This document shows, in pieces, positions 48,441 to 59,058 of a stretch of DNA of 64,000 nt (the stretch's first letter is position 1; each line of letters begins with the position of its first letter). A program made the translations under genes and the position numbers. The notes below the pieces were generated by a model, which saw only the letters and a list, made by a program, of their open reading frames with translations, was not told where the DNA came from and did no database searches. Source of the stretch: an uncultured Alphaproteobacteria bacterium (GTDB lineage Bacteria; Pseudomonadota; Alphaproteobacteria; Micavibrionales; UBA1664); contig CALSUG010000006.1 of the NCBI GenBank assembly GCA_943789475.1, positions 41,834 to 105,833 of the forward strand. Reading direction: 5' to 3'.

Positions 48441-51400
48441 CTACTCTATTTCTTCACCCATTAATTGACGTTGGCGTTCCGCCTCATAGCGTTCTTCACT
48501 CGCTCTTACCAATTCATTTACAATTTCCTCAATAATTGCCGATGTTGCCGCGCTTGCTGTTTCGCCTTCTTCTGACATCGCAAAAACACGACGCTTAATT
48601 TCTGATCTTGCACTTCCCCCTGGAAAAGCTGCTGACAACATTTGACGCGCACGTGATGCTCCTAACTTTTCATACAAACGGTTGCGAATAGCAACATCTT
48701 CCGCTGAAGTAGATAATGCCCACAATTCAATTGGACCAAGCGTATTGATCAAATGTTGTTCGTATCGACCATCACTTGTTCCCAAGACTAACAATGCTGG
48801 CGCCCCCGATGAACGAGGCCCCGTCAAACGATATCGAATAACATTACGTGCCGTGTTCGACAAACCAAAACGTTCTTGTGTATTATCAACAACACGATCC
48901 GAAATCGCCGTACCAAGCACCCAAACTCCCGTAGCAAGGTCAATCATATCATCACTAAAATCTTCCAATAACTGTGATGTTAAAACAATTTGGACTCCAC
49001 GCTTACGCCCCTCACGCACATCACGAATCAATTGTCCACGGACAGAATATGATTTACTTGTTCTATGAAATTCATCGTAACAAAGACGTTTAGGTGTTTC
49101 AGCAATATCCTGCAGTCGACGCTCGTGATACGGTTTATATTTATCTGGCATTTGATCAACGGCCTCTTTGGACATCCACCAACTACGCACCAGAGCGTGA
49201 CGTGCCAACATGTACATGATAGATGTTTGGCGATCTGCCGTCTCATCCCCTTGAGGACACACATCCATTAAGTCCAGAGAGCAAATTCGTGCATCCGTAA
49301 TCTCAAATTTTGTTACTGATGACAAGATAGGAAATTCACGAATTGCCGATGTAATCATTCGCTCAAATGCACTAATCACACTTTCTGCACTTCCACCAAT
49401 TTGCGCCTCATCCAACAAGGCACGAATTTGAGGACGACGTGCCGCCGTAATAGCATCACCAAGAACCGGAACAGCATAACGTTGCGCCAAGTTTGCATAA
49501 TGATATTGTTCAATATCATAAAATTTATCTACAACATCCCACCAATATGGATCTTCGGGCAAATGAATATTATGCGCCTTTAAGGCATCATCAATTTCAA
49601 CGTCTAAACGTGGAAGATATGGGCGCGCCTCTGCATTCGCCTCGACATCATTTCGCCATCTAAACATTTCATCAATAACCAAACCTGATAATTGTTGTAT
49701 CCCATCATAAGGACGGTCTGCACCAGGAGGAGTACATAACAACGTCAACAACTCAACAAGGTAAGACCGTTCATCAATTAATGGTTCGCGCATACCAAGT
49801 TGTGTATCAAATGGATTAATCGCATATTCCGGTGTCATTTGCAGGCGGTAATAAGCCGCTTCATGTTGTCGCTCCTGTGGCAAAGATTCCTTAATTAAGG
49901 AAATCAATCCAGACGATGAAGGACCAATATCAATAACAGCAACATATGGCAGCTTACTGTTACCTGGCGCCAAAATTGTCGCAAGATTAAGCGTGTTTAA
50001 CAAAACAGATTTACCAGCCCCTGGTTGTGCAAAAATAAGGTCAAACCATGTTGTTGTTAAATTGGTTCCTGTTTGATATGGCCACACCTTACCATCAGGT
50101 GTTCGCAACAATAACGCCCCTTTATCAAATGGTGATGATGGCCTTTGCCACGGTAATAGCTTCATAACTTCGTGCATTGGAGCTACCGCTGTAGGAGCCG
50201 TTGAAGCGCATGCTATTCCCATGGCTGACGACATAACACAATCAAGAGGATCACCAACAACATTAGAAACCTGACAATATCCCCAGCTCTCTGCAGCCTG
50301 CATTAAAATCGAAATACGATCTTCTAACAAACCACGTTTTCCCTCTGGCGCCCATGTAGCCAATGATATACGTAACTTTACGACAGGCTCACTCCTTGAT
50401 AACGCTTTCAAAGATTCCAATGATTTTTTAATCGTTTTGTTTACAGGATTTGTGATAGCCAAAAATGTTGCAATAGATGACTTAGCTGTTGTTGCTTCTA
50501 CTCCACCAGATTCAATTAAAAAGGAAATACGATACGGAATATTGGCCTCGAATAACCTATTCAACAACATTGGAAATGGTGACGGATCACTCGGCGCCAA
50601 TGTCATGTCAATACCTCCCCACAAAAGGCTTCCAATTTGAACCATGCGGTTATTCAAAATTTTACCATGAGCCGTGGTTAATTGTTGTCGAAGTGGTGGC
50701 CATAAAATATCTGAATAATCTATTTTTGATTCAGGCACACGTACTGGAATATTATCACCTGGCAATACAGGACGCCATTGATCATTAGCCATGTCCGGAA
50801 ACAAATTGTTACGTACAGCAGCCATTGCACTGTGTCCCGTCATCGTATCTGCACGAATACCCAACTCGTTCAATGCAGATTCAATTCCCATCACATATGA
50901 TTTATGTCGAGCTCTCAATGGATCTAGTGCGGCTAGCGGATCTTGCGCACTAGATGCAGGAATTCGCTCTTGTTTTTGACGTTCTTCTGCTGCACGTTTT
51001 AACTCCGTTTCATTGAGAATACTAGGACGTGTCCATAAAACATAATAGCATTCTTCATGGATCATATAATGCGACAAGTGACGTGCACGTTCATCCAACA
51101 CGTCTTCAATTTCAAGACCAATATTACGGGCAGCAACCTTTGACGGATAGATTTCTTTTTCTGTTGTCGCACGAGATTTAGATGGATTGCGTGTAAAAAA
51201 CACTTGGAGCGCATGACCTGGACGATCAAATCGAGATCCTAGCTTTACCGTCGCTGCCTCAAGAATATGATTATATTCTTCTTGACCAATAATTTGACGA
51301 GAACCATCAACTTTCATATAGCTAATTAACGATCCATCTTCGGCTACCATTGTGAATTCATCATCTGCCGTTTCCAGGCGAATAAAAGATTCAATGGGCT

Positions 51401-51449
51401 GTTTTGCCAAAGTTACAAAAGGTGCAAAAAATTTACCGAGTCCGCTCAT
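48441..51449 (-). CDS. icmB: type IVB secretion ATPase IcmB/DotO (VirB4/TraU-like)
   Basis: 1002 aa; Walker A AQPGAGKS, IDIGPSS, INPFDTQLG, Walker B YDEFHRT, REGRK and ELWALSTSAED. Confidence 0.88.
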   Translation of the reverse strand: MSGLGKFFAPFVTLAKQPIESFIRLETADDEFTMVAEDGSLISYMKVDGSRQIIGQEEYNHILEAATVKLGSRFDRPGHALQVFFTRNPSKSRATTEKEIYPSKVAARNIGLEIEDVLDERARHLSHYMIHEECYYVLWTRPSILNETELKRAAEERQKQERIPASSAQDPLAALDPLRARHKSYVMGIESALNELGIRADTMTGHSAMAAVRNNLFPDMANDQWRPVLPGDNIPVRVPESKIDYSDILWPPLRQQLTTAHGKILNNRMVQIGSLLWGGIDMTLAPSDPSPFPMLLNRLFEANIPYRISFLIESGGVEATTAKSSIATFLAITNPVNKTIKKSLESLKALSRSEPVVKLRISLATWAPEGKRGLLEDRISILMQAAESWGYCQVSNVVGDPLDCVMSSAMGIACASTAPTAVAPMHEVMKLLPWQRPSSPFDKGALLLRTPDGKVWPYQTGTNLTTTWFDLIFAQPGAGKSVLLNTLNLATILAPGNSKLPYVAVIDIGPSSSGLISLIKESLPQERQHEAAYYRLQMTPEYAINPFDTQLGMREPLIDERSYLVELLTLLCTPPGADRPYDGIQQLSGLVIDEMFRWRNDVEANAEARPYLPRLDVEIDDALKAHNIHLPEDPYWWDVVDKFYDIEQYHYANLAQRYAVPVLGDAITAARRPQIRALLDEAQIGGSAESVISAFERMITSAIREFPILSSVTKFEITDARICSLDLMDVCPQGDETADRQTSIMYMLARHALVRSWWMSKEAVDQMPDKYKPYHERRLQDIAETPKRLCYDEFHRTSKSYSVRGQLIRDVREGRKRGVQIVLTSQLLEDFSDDMIDLATGVWVLGTAISDRVVDNTQERFGLSNTARNVIRYRLTGPRSSGAPALLVLGTSDGRYEQHLINTLGPIELWALSTSAEDVAIRNRLYEKLGASRARQMLSAAFPGGSARSEIKRRVFAMSEEGETASAATSAIIEEIVNELVRASEERYEAERQRQLMGEEIE

Positions 51450-51497
51450 TGTTAACAGTGTAAAGGCGTTCCATCGCGAAGTGAAGCGCTGTTTTAA

Positions 51498-51857
51498 CTA
51501 TTTTACAATCATCGATGGACATTTTTCACCACCAAGAATATGCATATGCATATGAGGCACCTCTTGCCCTCCATGATCATCCGTATTAAAAATTGCGCGA
51601 TAACCACTCCCCGACATTTTTTTTATTTCAACGATCTTTTCTACAGCACGATAAAAACCAACGATCTCTTCATCGCTAGCATTCCTTGAAAAATCGTTCA
51701 AATTAACATATGCGCCCTTAGGGATAATCAAGCAATGAATCGGCATTTGCGGATTAACATCATCAAAACACAAAACATATTCATCTTCATAAACTGTATT
51801 ATTAGGAATTTCACCACGCAAAATTTTTGCAAATATATTCTTAGAATTATAAATCAT
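51498..51857 (-). CDS. HIT family nucleotide-binding protein
   Basis: IFAKILRGEIP and GQEVPHMHMHILGG motifs. Confidence 0.92.
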   Translation of the reverse strand: MIYNSKNIFAKILRGEIPNNTVYEDEYVLCFDDVNPQMPIHCLIIPKGAYVNLNDFSRNASDEEIVGFYRAVEKIVEIKKMSGSGYRAIFNTDDHGGQEVPHMHMHILGGEKCPSMIVK

Positions 51858-51859
51858 TC

Positions 51860-53269
51860 CTAAGCATCTCCATTCAAAAATAACAATTCAGGGGCTGTCC
51901 ATTTACCATCATCCATAATGATTTGGCCATCAGCATAAATTCTCCCTTCTTTACCCCACAACATGGTTGTAATATCCCAATGCAATCGTGAACGGTTACC
52001 ATTATCCACATTCACGGGCGCCCCCATATAGTCAGTCATTGTATAAGCATCCCCTAAAGCGATATGAAATGATCCTCCAATTTTTTCTGCCAATACAATA
52101 GACGCAACATGCGTTTTCCAAAACGGATTAGTTCCTATACCAATTTCACCGACATAACGTGCACCATCATCTGTTGCCACCGTTTGTTCAAAAATGTCCT
52201 GCCCTTTAACGGCAGAGAACTCTTTCAAATACCCATCAACAAATTCCATAGTAATATCTTCAATAACTTCCGATTGAAAACCTTTTACCGCAAACTTTCC
52301 TTTAGCAACAACTTTACCATTCACACTATCTTTACGAGGAGCCGAAAACACCTCTGACCCCGGTATATTGCGCGCCGTTGTTGAATTGCAAAAAGTAAAT
52401 CCATCAATATCCATTGATAAATCCGTTCCATCATTATTCGTAAACCTCAGCGTCTTTACAGAGTTTAACTTATCAATCAAAATTCCTTGAACAGATCCAA
52501 TCTTATCCCAATCTTGATTACACATTGTAAAATAATCTCGTAAATATTGATCATAATCCAACCCGTCAATTTCTGCATCCATACGTGTTGGCACAACAGT
52601 TAGCGTCGAATGTATCTTACCTGACAACACCCACTCACGCAAAACATAAGCAGCCTTTTCGTAAGCCTTTTTTTGCATATCTTCCGTTTTTATAACTGTA
52701 TGTTCTGGCAAATTATAAAGTGCCAAAATTCGATGTGTAATATGCGAACGTGTTAAGGCATATGTCTCACCAAAACTTGCTGCTTGTTCTTTTGTACAGT
52801 TATTCAAAAGAAGTGCTTTAAAATTTTCATCAAAAATAGACACATCGAATTTCACACCATCTTCAATACAACGATCGAACAAAAAACAACCAACCGCGCG
52901 AGCATGATCACCAATCTCCAACATAGGTACGTGCTTTTCTGTATCACTCACGTTATATAGCTGATCCGCCAACCCTTTTTGCAAGCTCTTTTCAACTGGG
53001 GGTGATACAAAGTCATGCCACGTCGGAAATGTTCCCCTATAAAATTGATCCCGGAATAATTTATGATTTTCCATTCGCGCAGAGAATATATATTCCAAAC
53101 GCTGAATACGATGCAACAAATCCAAAACGTCATCAGCATGCGCCATATCTTCTTCAGCTGCATCCAACAACTTATCAGCATGGTCACGCCATAAGGATGG
53201 CACAGATGCCCATCGTGCAAGGCGCTCTAATCTTGAATTAAAGTAAGGAGATATGTTTTCTAATTTCAT
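51860..53269 (-). CDS. M29-family aminopeptidase
   Basis: NIPGSEVF, GEIGIG, EKIGGSFHIALG and HWD motifs. Confidence 0.85.
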   Translation of the reverse strand: MKLENISPYFNSRLERLARWASVPSLWRDHADKLLDAAEEDMAHADDVLDLLHRIQRLEYIFSARMENHKLFRDQFYRGTFPTWHDFVSPPVEKSLQKGLADQLYNVSDTEKHVPMLEIGDHARAVGCFLFDRCIEDGVKFDVSIFDENFKALLLNNCTKEQAASFGETYALTRSHITHRILALYNLPEHTVIKTEDMQKKAYEKAAYVLREWVLSGKIHSTLTVVPTRMDAEIDGLDYDQYLRDYFTMCNQDWDKIGSVQGILIDKLNSVKTLRFTNNDGTDLSMDIDGFTFCNSTTARNIPGSEVFSAPRKDSVNGKVVAKGKFAVKGFQSEVIEDITMEFVDGYLKEFSAVKGQDIFEQTVATDDGARYVGEIGIGTNPFWKTHVASIVLAEKIGGSFHIALGDAYTMTDYMGAPVNVDNGNRSRLHWDITTMLWGKEGRIYADGQIIMDDGKWTAPELLFLNGDA

Positions 53270-53290
53270 ACCCCAAGTATGGCGCACTCA

Positions 53291-53845
53291 TTAAACAGCG
53301 TCTAGTATCTTCATGAAATAATGTCCTGCAACATAGTGATCATCAACATATGCATATGCAGGATGCGTCGCATAGTTTTCATACCCTTGGGATTCATATA
53401 ATTTAATCGCAACAACCTGTGTGTCTCGCACATCTAAATTAACGACTGTATACTGTCTGGATTTCGCTTGCTTTTCCGCACGTTGCAATAACATTTTAGC
53501 CAACCCCGCTTCTCTCGACCATGGCGCAACAAAATGAGATGTCAACTGTACTGCGTGGGACTGCGCCTCATTATTTTGTGGAGGATGAACCAGCACGCAC
53601 GCCCCACAAATAGAACCATCCATACGTGAAAAAAACACATCACGCTGCGGCATAACGATAGCGCCATTCCAAAAACGCTCCAACGTCTCACGTGCCGGTA
53701 AATTAACCCAACCAAAACCACCACCGTCTTGAATAGCCGCATCCGTGGCATCACATAAATCATTCAAATCAGATAAAGACAACTCCACTTGAGCATGCTC
53801 TATCGTTAATTCTGGTTTGTTTTTTTGGATCGCATTTTGGGTCAT
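53291..53845 (-). CDS. GNAT acetyltransferase
   Basis: FVAPWSREAGLA and AIKLYESQGY motifs. Confidence 0.85.
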   Translation of the reverse strand: MTQNAIQKNKPELTIEHAQVELSLSDLNDLCDATDAAIQDGGGFGWVNLPARETLERFWNGAIVMPQRDVFFSRMDGSICGACVLVHPPQNNEAQSHAVQLTSHFVAPWSREAGLAKMLLQRAEKQAKSRQYTVVNLDVRDTQVVAIKLYESQGYENYATHPAYAYVDDHYVAGHYFMKILDAV

Positions 53846-53896
53846 AGTTACCCCTTTTCAACATGTAATATACATCACAAAATAGAATATTATAAA

Positions 53897-53925
53897 AAAG
53901 TGAATATTTGTATAATATTCACTTT
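53897..53925. promoter_or_regulatory. 12-bp perfect inverted repeat (operator or weak terminator)
   Basis: AAAGTGAATATT-TGTAT-AATATTCACTTT. Confidence 0.45.
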
Positions 53926-53969
53926 AAAATAGCTTAACAACGAATTGTGGCAATACCATGTTACTTTTT

Positions 53970-55202
53970 TCAAACACCCAGAGCTTTCAGCATTTTTTTC
54001 ATATGAATTGAAATCAAATTATTTTGCAATAAATATTGATATCCATTTTCCCCGTATTTTGCACGCTGTTTTACTGTCATTTTATAAAATTTTTCTATAC
54101 CAGACACAATATCAGAAACGTTTTCAGCCTCGCAAGACACGCCACATCCACTTAACTCAACCGTATTATTAGGATCACCAATAGCGTACAAAACAGGCCT
54201 TTTAGCAAACATATAATCATTCATTTTTGTAACGCTTGCACCATAATCATACAGTTTCTTTTTACGAGTTCCCACATAGGCCAGGTGAATATTTTTTAAA
54301 AAATAATGCATTTGATCAGATTCAATCGAATCAAAAATATGAACACGGTGATTAATTTTTAAATCATACGCTTGAGCCTTAAGCTCTTCTTTTTTAGCAC
54401 CTTTTCCGACGATAACGCAGTGCACCTCATCATTGACTTGAACCATGGCTTCTAAAAATTTATCCATGGCGTTTGCCTCCCCCAAAGAGCCTGTATACCC
54501 AACAAAAAATACTCCCTTTTTTTGCAACGTATCAATATGATCAATATAATCTTGTGGCGGCTTTTTATGGTTTTTAAGATTCAAATTTGATTCAACAAAA
54601 CCATTTGGAACATGCAAAAATTTGTTATCTGCCAAACCATGCTCCTTCAAATAAGATTCACAATTTTGAGGTACCGCTGTAATAAGATCAGCACGTGAAC
54701 ATGCATAATTTTCAGCGCGTTGCATCAACCATATCAATGGATTATACGATCCAGATTTTGACAATTCCATCAAACTTAGTGGCCACAAATCACGAATATC
54801 AAAAACTAATTTCGCTTTATTTTTTTTTGCTAAAAATCGCGCCGCAAAAATTACAAATGGTTGCGGAGACGATGCAATAACAATATCATATTTACGTTTA
54901 TGCCTACGCGCAATAACATATGATTTCAACGTAAACCAAAACATTGAAGACAATCGCCCCATTACACTCGCTGGATTATAACTTCTTGTTCCCTTAACCC
55001 AAAGATAACGAATATCATCAATATGTTCTGTAGATACATTCCCATCGACAACAGGTTGTTTGTATCGGGCATGAGCATAAGATGACGCCATGATTGTTAC
55101 ATCATGGCCCATTTCAGTTAGCGTCTTTGCCCACTGATAATTTCTAAAAACCATCCCATGTTTTCGAGAACCTGCAAATTGTGAAAGTATAAGAATTTTC
55201 AT
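53970..55202 (-). CDS. glycosyltransferase family 4
   Basis: GHDVTI, FDIRDLWP, YTGSLG and KMNDYM motifs. Confidence 0.88.
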   Translation of the reverse strand: MKILILSQFAGSRKHGMVFRNYQWAKTLTEMGHDVTIMASSYAHARYKQPVVDGNVSTEHIDDIRYLWVKGTRSYNPASVMGRLSSMFWFTLKSYVIARRHKRKYDIVIASSPQPFVIFAARFLAKKNKAKLVFDIRDLWPLSLMELSKSGSYNPLIWLMQRAENYACSRADLITAVPQNCESYLKEHGLADNKFLHVPNGFVESNLNLKNHKKPPQDYIDHIDTLQKKGVFFVGYTGSLGEANAMDKFLEAMVQVNDEVHCVIVGKGAKKEELKAQAYDLKINHRVHIFDSIESDQMHYFLKNIHLAYVGTRKKKLYDYGASVTKMNDYMFAKRPVLYAIGDPNNTVELSGCGVSCEAENVSDIVSGIEKFYKMTVKQRAKYGENGYQYLLQNNLISIHMKKMLKALGV

Positions 55203-55308
55203 GTAATTAATTATTAATAAAAGATCTCTGAATTCAATTTATAGTCAATACACTCTACCATAGAGGTTAAAGTAGATTATGCTCTTTTTTGCAACATTAG
55301 CAAGAATA

Positions 55309-56601
55309 TTACGACAAACCACAATCCTTTAGTAAAGCTTCTTTCAATTTAGGTTTGTTTTCCAAACAAAGGGATTTTTCACCAAACTTTCGCACCAATT
55401 CACTAACCATGTTTTGACGATCATTCACCGATACGCCACACCCATGAAAATCAAAATCATCATAAGGATTTCTAAACAATGCATCAGGTATTTTTCCACT
55501 CACTAAATCCAAATATTTTTGAGCAACCATTTTAGACGACCAATTATGTTTCACAAACAATTGAGCCTCCAATCCTATTTTTTTACATTCATCTGGATTG
55601 GATAACAGATAAATCACTGCTTTTTTCAACTCATCTTTTGATGGTTTTATTCGATAAGTAGGAGGCACATCAGCACCACTCACACTATTTTTAATCATTG
55701 GCAAATTATACCCACCAATAATAGAGGGCTTTTCAAACCAAGCAGCCTCTGCATCTAAACCCGACATAAGCGTATCTGAATAAAGTTCATTAATAACAAA
55801 GTTACATTTACTCAACTGATTTAAAACTTCAGCATGAGGCATCCCAAGCAACTCTTTATATTCAAATCCAAAGACACCTTCTTTTTGTATTTCCTGAACA
55901 ACGTCTCGAATAATATCACTACCTTTTATTTTAGGATTTGAGGGTGCATGTAAAATTAACGACTTTTCATTACTCTCCGCCCCCTCGTTTGAATAGGTAC
56001 AGTAAAAGGGTAACCCCATATATAGTAAAGGAATGTACGAACGAGTACTAAATTGTGACGTTGTCGGCGTATCAACTAGATACGTCGTATATTTTACCTT
56101 TTTATCTATCTTCTTTTTCTTGATATAAGTATCAAATCTAATTCTTCTCGCGCTTTTACCTACCCAACCACCATTCAAATATGGAGGCCGCGCTTCCGAT
56201 CCCAGCGCGATATCAACCGTAGTTTTTCCCAATAAATTTAATATACATCTATCAACATATCCGCCCAAATAACTATAATTTGCAGAAAATATAAAAACAT
56301 CATAACGACATAAAAACCATGGAAATAACAAAACCTTAAAAACAAAAACAATTGGGTACAACACAATAAAAAGAGACAATTTTTGCCAAAATTTGTGCGT
56401 TGAATTAACAATGATATCATTCAAGAATGTAATCCACTTTTCGATCAACATCCTTGATTTTTCATGCTTGTAAAACGGATGCGTTCGCTCATAAAAAAAG
56501 TAATTATCCACCCCCAACGCGTCAAATCCACGTTGTAAATTCGAATGATACCCTGCGATTTCACGACCAACCAATGATATAATACGTTTATTACTTTTCA
56601 T
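55309..56601 (-). CDS. putative glycosyltransferase (GT-B)
   Basis: HAPSNPKIKGSD and EAAWFEKP motifs; polysaccharide locus context. Confidence 0.65.
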   Translation of the reverse strand: MKSNKRIISLVGREIAGYHSNLQRGFDALGVDNYFFYERTHPFYKHEKSRMLIEKWITFLNDIIVNSTHKFWQKLSLFIVLYPIVFVFKVLLFPWFLCRYDVFIFSANYSYLGGYVDRCILNLLGKTTVDIALGSEARPPYLNGGWVGKSARRIRFDTYIKKKKIDKKVKYTTYLVDTPTTSQFSTRSYIPLLYMGLPFYCTYSNEGAESNEKSLILHAPSNPKIKGSDIIRDVVQEIQKEGVFGFEYKELLGMPHAEVLNQLSKCNFVINELYSDTLMSGLDAEAAWFEKPSIIGGYNLPMIKNSVSGADVPPTYRIKPSKDELKKAVIYLLSNPDECKKIGLEAQLFVKHNWSSKMVAQKYLDLVSGKIPDALFRNPYDDFDFHGCGVSVNDRQNMVSELVRKFGEKSLCLENKPKLKEALLKDCGLS

Positions 56602-56670
56602 GTTTTCCTTGAACCCCAAAATCTATTAGAGTGTTAATGCAAGATATAAAAGAAACAACAATATGTGTCC

Positions 56671-58107
56671 ATGATAAAAGATTTCCTCAAACATTCCGCC
56701 ATTTATGGTATCGGAAAATTTATTACCATGGTCATTGGGTTTGTGACCCTACCTATAATAACGACATCACTGTCACCTGCAGAATATGGAACTTTTGACC
56801 TTTTAAGTCTCTGCCTTATCCTGTTAAATTTATCAATTGCCATGGAAGTTTCACAAGCCGTTGCCCGTTTTATCAACGAGCAAACAGACAAAAAAGATAA
56901 ACAATCCTATGTTTCCACGGCGTATTTCTTTTCTTTTGTCATGTATTGTATTGCTGGCTTAATCATCTATTCCATGCAATCCCATATATCACAATGGATA
57001 TTGAACGATGTTACACAGTCACACTTAGTCCTATATCTTATTCCCTGGCTATTCCTACACGGTAGCTTTACTTTTATCACCAATCAGTTTAGGTGGGAAA
57101 ACAAACCACGAGAACAAACATTTCTTATCGCACTCAATGGCGTTTTAACATTGGGTTTTATGTCCTATTTTTTAATGATTATATCACCATCAATTGAAAT
57201 CTTGATCGTTTCCTACCTTCTTGCCCTATCTATCTCCACCGCTATTGGCTTTATCCTTGTTAAGCAACACACAATTATGGCATTCACGTTTTCACCTCAA
57301 AAACTAAAAGTAATGCTCTTATTTTCACTACCGCTTGTACCGTCTAGTCTTGCTGTATTTGGACAAAGCTATACCGATCGCCTCATGATCGCGCAAATAA
57401 TTGATCTTGAAAACGTTGGAATTTATGGCATTGCATTTAAAATTGCCAGCCTACTAAGCGTGATTACAGGCATATTACAACTATCGGCCGTTCCATTGAT
57501 TTACAAACATCACAAAGAAGCCGACGCACAACGTAATTTTGGAAAGGCGACTAACCTCTATATATTTATTATACTATCCACAATATTAGGTATCAGCCTT
57601 TTTACCCCTGAATTATTTCATTTTTTCATCGGAAAATCATTTGAAGGAGCCATCATTTTTGTTCCCTTACTATTAACAGCCATCGCGTTTCAGAGCCTAT
57701 CTGTGTTCACACCGGGATTATCTATTGTCAAAAAAACGCATTACATCGCCGCTATTAACATTGTTGGTTTGGGTATCAATATAATTTTGAATTATATAAT
57801 GATCGATCATTATGGATTAATGGGGGCCGCCCTTGCCACAACCATAACATCCGCATTAATATGCGTTGCCAACACTATCGTTAGCCAACGCCATTACACA
57901 ATCAATTATGATTATTTAAAAATCTTATTTGCAATGATTGTGACTGGCCTTGTCATTTCGATCACTTACCTCACCTCACCGACATCAATCAATATCAACT
58001 TCTTCATTACAAAGGTATTAATAACAATAACCATCATAGGTGTGATTGGTTACCCTCTTATTTATCGTGACATTTCTGTATTAATCAAAGATCATCACAG
58101 AAAATAA
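56671..58107 (+). CDS. wzx: Wzx-type polysaccharide flippase
   Basis: Multi-TM; LSPAEYG, DRLMI, GIYGIA and YGLMGAALAT motifs. Confidence 0.85.
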   Translation: MIKDFLKHSAIYGIGKFITMVIGFVTLPIITTSLSPAEYGTFDLLSLCLILLNLSIAMEVSQAVARFINEQTDKKDKQSYVSTAYFFSFVMYCIAGLIIYSMQSHISQWILNDVTQSHLVLYLIPWLFLHGSFTFITNQFRWENKPREQTFLIALNGVLTLGFMSYFLMIISPSIEILIVSYLLALSISTAIGFILVKQHTIMAFTFSPQKLKVMLLFSLPLVPSSLAVFGQSYTDRLMIAQIIDLENVGIYGIAFKIASLLSVITGILQLSAVPLIYKHHKEADAQRNFGKATNLYIFIILSTILGISLFTPELFHFFIGKSFEGAIIFVPLLLTAIAFQSLSVFTPGLSIVKKTHYIAAINIVGLGINIILNYIMIDHYGLMGAALATTITSALICVANTIVSQRHYTINYDYLKILFAMIVTGLVISITYLTSPTSININFFITKVLITITIIGVIGYPLIYRDISVLIKDHHRK

Positions 58108-58176
58108 ACGACCTTGTTGCCCTATCATCACTATGCTAATAATTGATCAAAATTAGATAGTAAAAAGGGTAATGTC

Positions 58177-59055
58177 ATGAAGGGTATTTTATTAGCGGGA
58201 GGATCAGGATCCAGACTTTACCCCCTTACAACTATTACTTCGAAACAGCTTTTACCCGTCTATGATAAACCCCTAATCTGTTATCCTCTGTCCACTCTTA
58301 TGATGCTAGGAATAACAGATATTTTAATAATCAGCACCCCTAAAGATACGCCAGTTATTGAAGACTATTTAGGCGATGGAGCCGATTTGGGTATTACCCT
58401 GTCCTATACTGTACAAGATGAACCAAAAGGTATTGCGGAGGCATTTGTTATTGGCGATGAATTTATTGGCGATGATCCTGTAACTTTGATCCTTGGCGAC
58501 AATATATTTAATTTTGGCCCACAAATTCAATCCATTGCAAATACATTGCAGTCTGATTTTGATGGTGCCTTGATTTTTGGGTATTATGTGACAGATCCGC
58601 AACGTTTTGGTGTCATAGAATATGATGAAAGTTACGATGTATTATCACTAGAGGAAAAACCAAAACAGCCAAAATCAAATTATGCCGCTGTTGGGCTTTA
58701 CGCTTATGACAACACGGTTGTTGAATATGCCAAAAATTTAAAACCATCCGCTCGTGGTGAGTTAGAAATAACGGATCTTAATTTAAAATATTTAGAGAAA
58801 ACTGCATTAAAGGCCCTTCCCTTTAAACGTGGTATTGCGTGGTTAGATGCAGGAACGCCTCACTCATTATTGGCTGCTGCAAATTACGTTGAAATGATAG
58901 AGCGTATGCAGGGATTAAAGTTATGCTGTCCAGAAGAGGTAGCTTATCGCATGGGATATATCTCCGTGAATGATCTAAAACAAAAAATCAAAAATATTAA
59001 AGATTGTGATTACACAGAATATCTCGAAAATCACGTCATTCATCAAAAGGGTTAA
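58177..59055 (+). CDS. rmlA: glucose-1-phosphate thymidylyltransferase
   Basis: MKGILLAGGSGSRLYP, SKQLLPVYDKP and RGELEITD motifs. Confidence 0.96.
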   Translation: MKGILLAGGSGSRLYPLTTITSKQLLPVYDKPLICYPLSTLMMLGITDILIISTPKDTPVIEDYLGDGADLGITLSYTVQDEPKGIAEAFVIGDEFIGDDPVTLILGDNIFNFGPQIQSIANTLQSDFDGALIFGYYVTDPQRFGVIEYDESYDVLSLEEKPKQPKSNYAAVGLYAYDNTVVEYAKNLKPSARGELEITDLNLKYLEKTALKALPFKRGIAWLDAGTPHSLLAAANYVEMIERMQGLKLCCPEEVAYRMGYISVNDLKQKIKNIKDCDYTEYLENHVIHQKG

Positions 59056-59058
59056 ATT

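Noticed and set aside
46867-53845. Integrative conjugative element around icmB
   Set aside because: No integrase, relaxase, coupling protein, tRNA or att-like repeat was seen, and the flanks are housekeeping genes.
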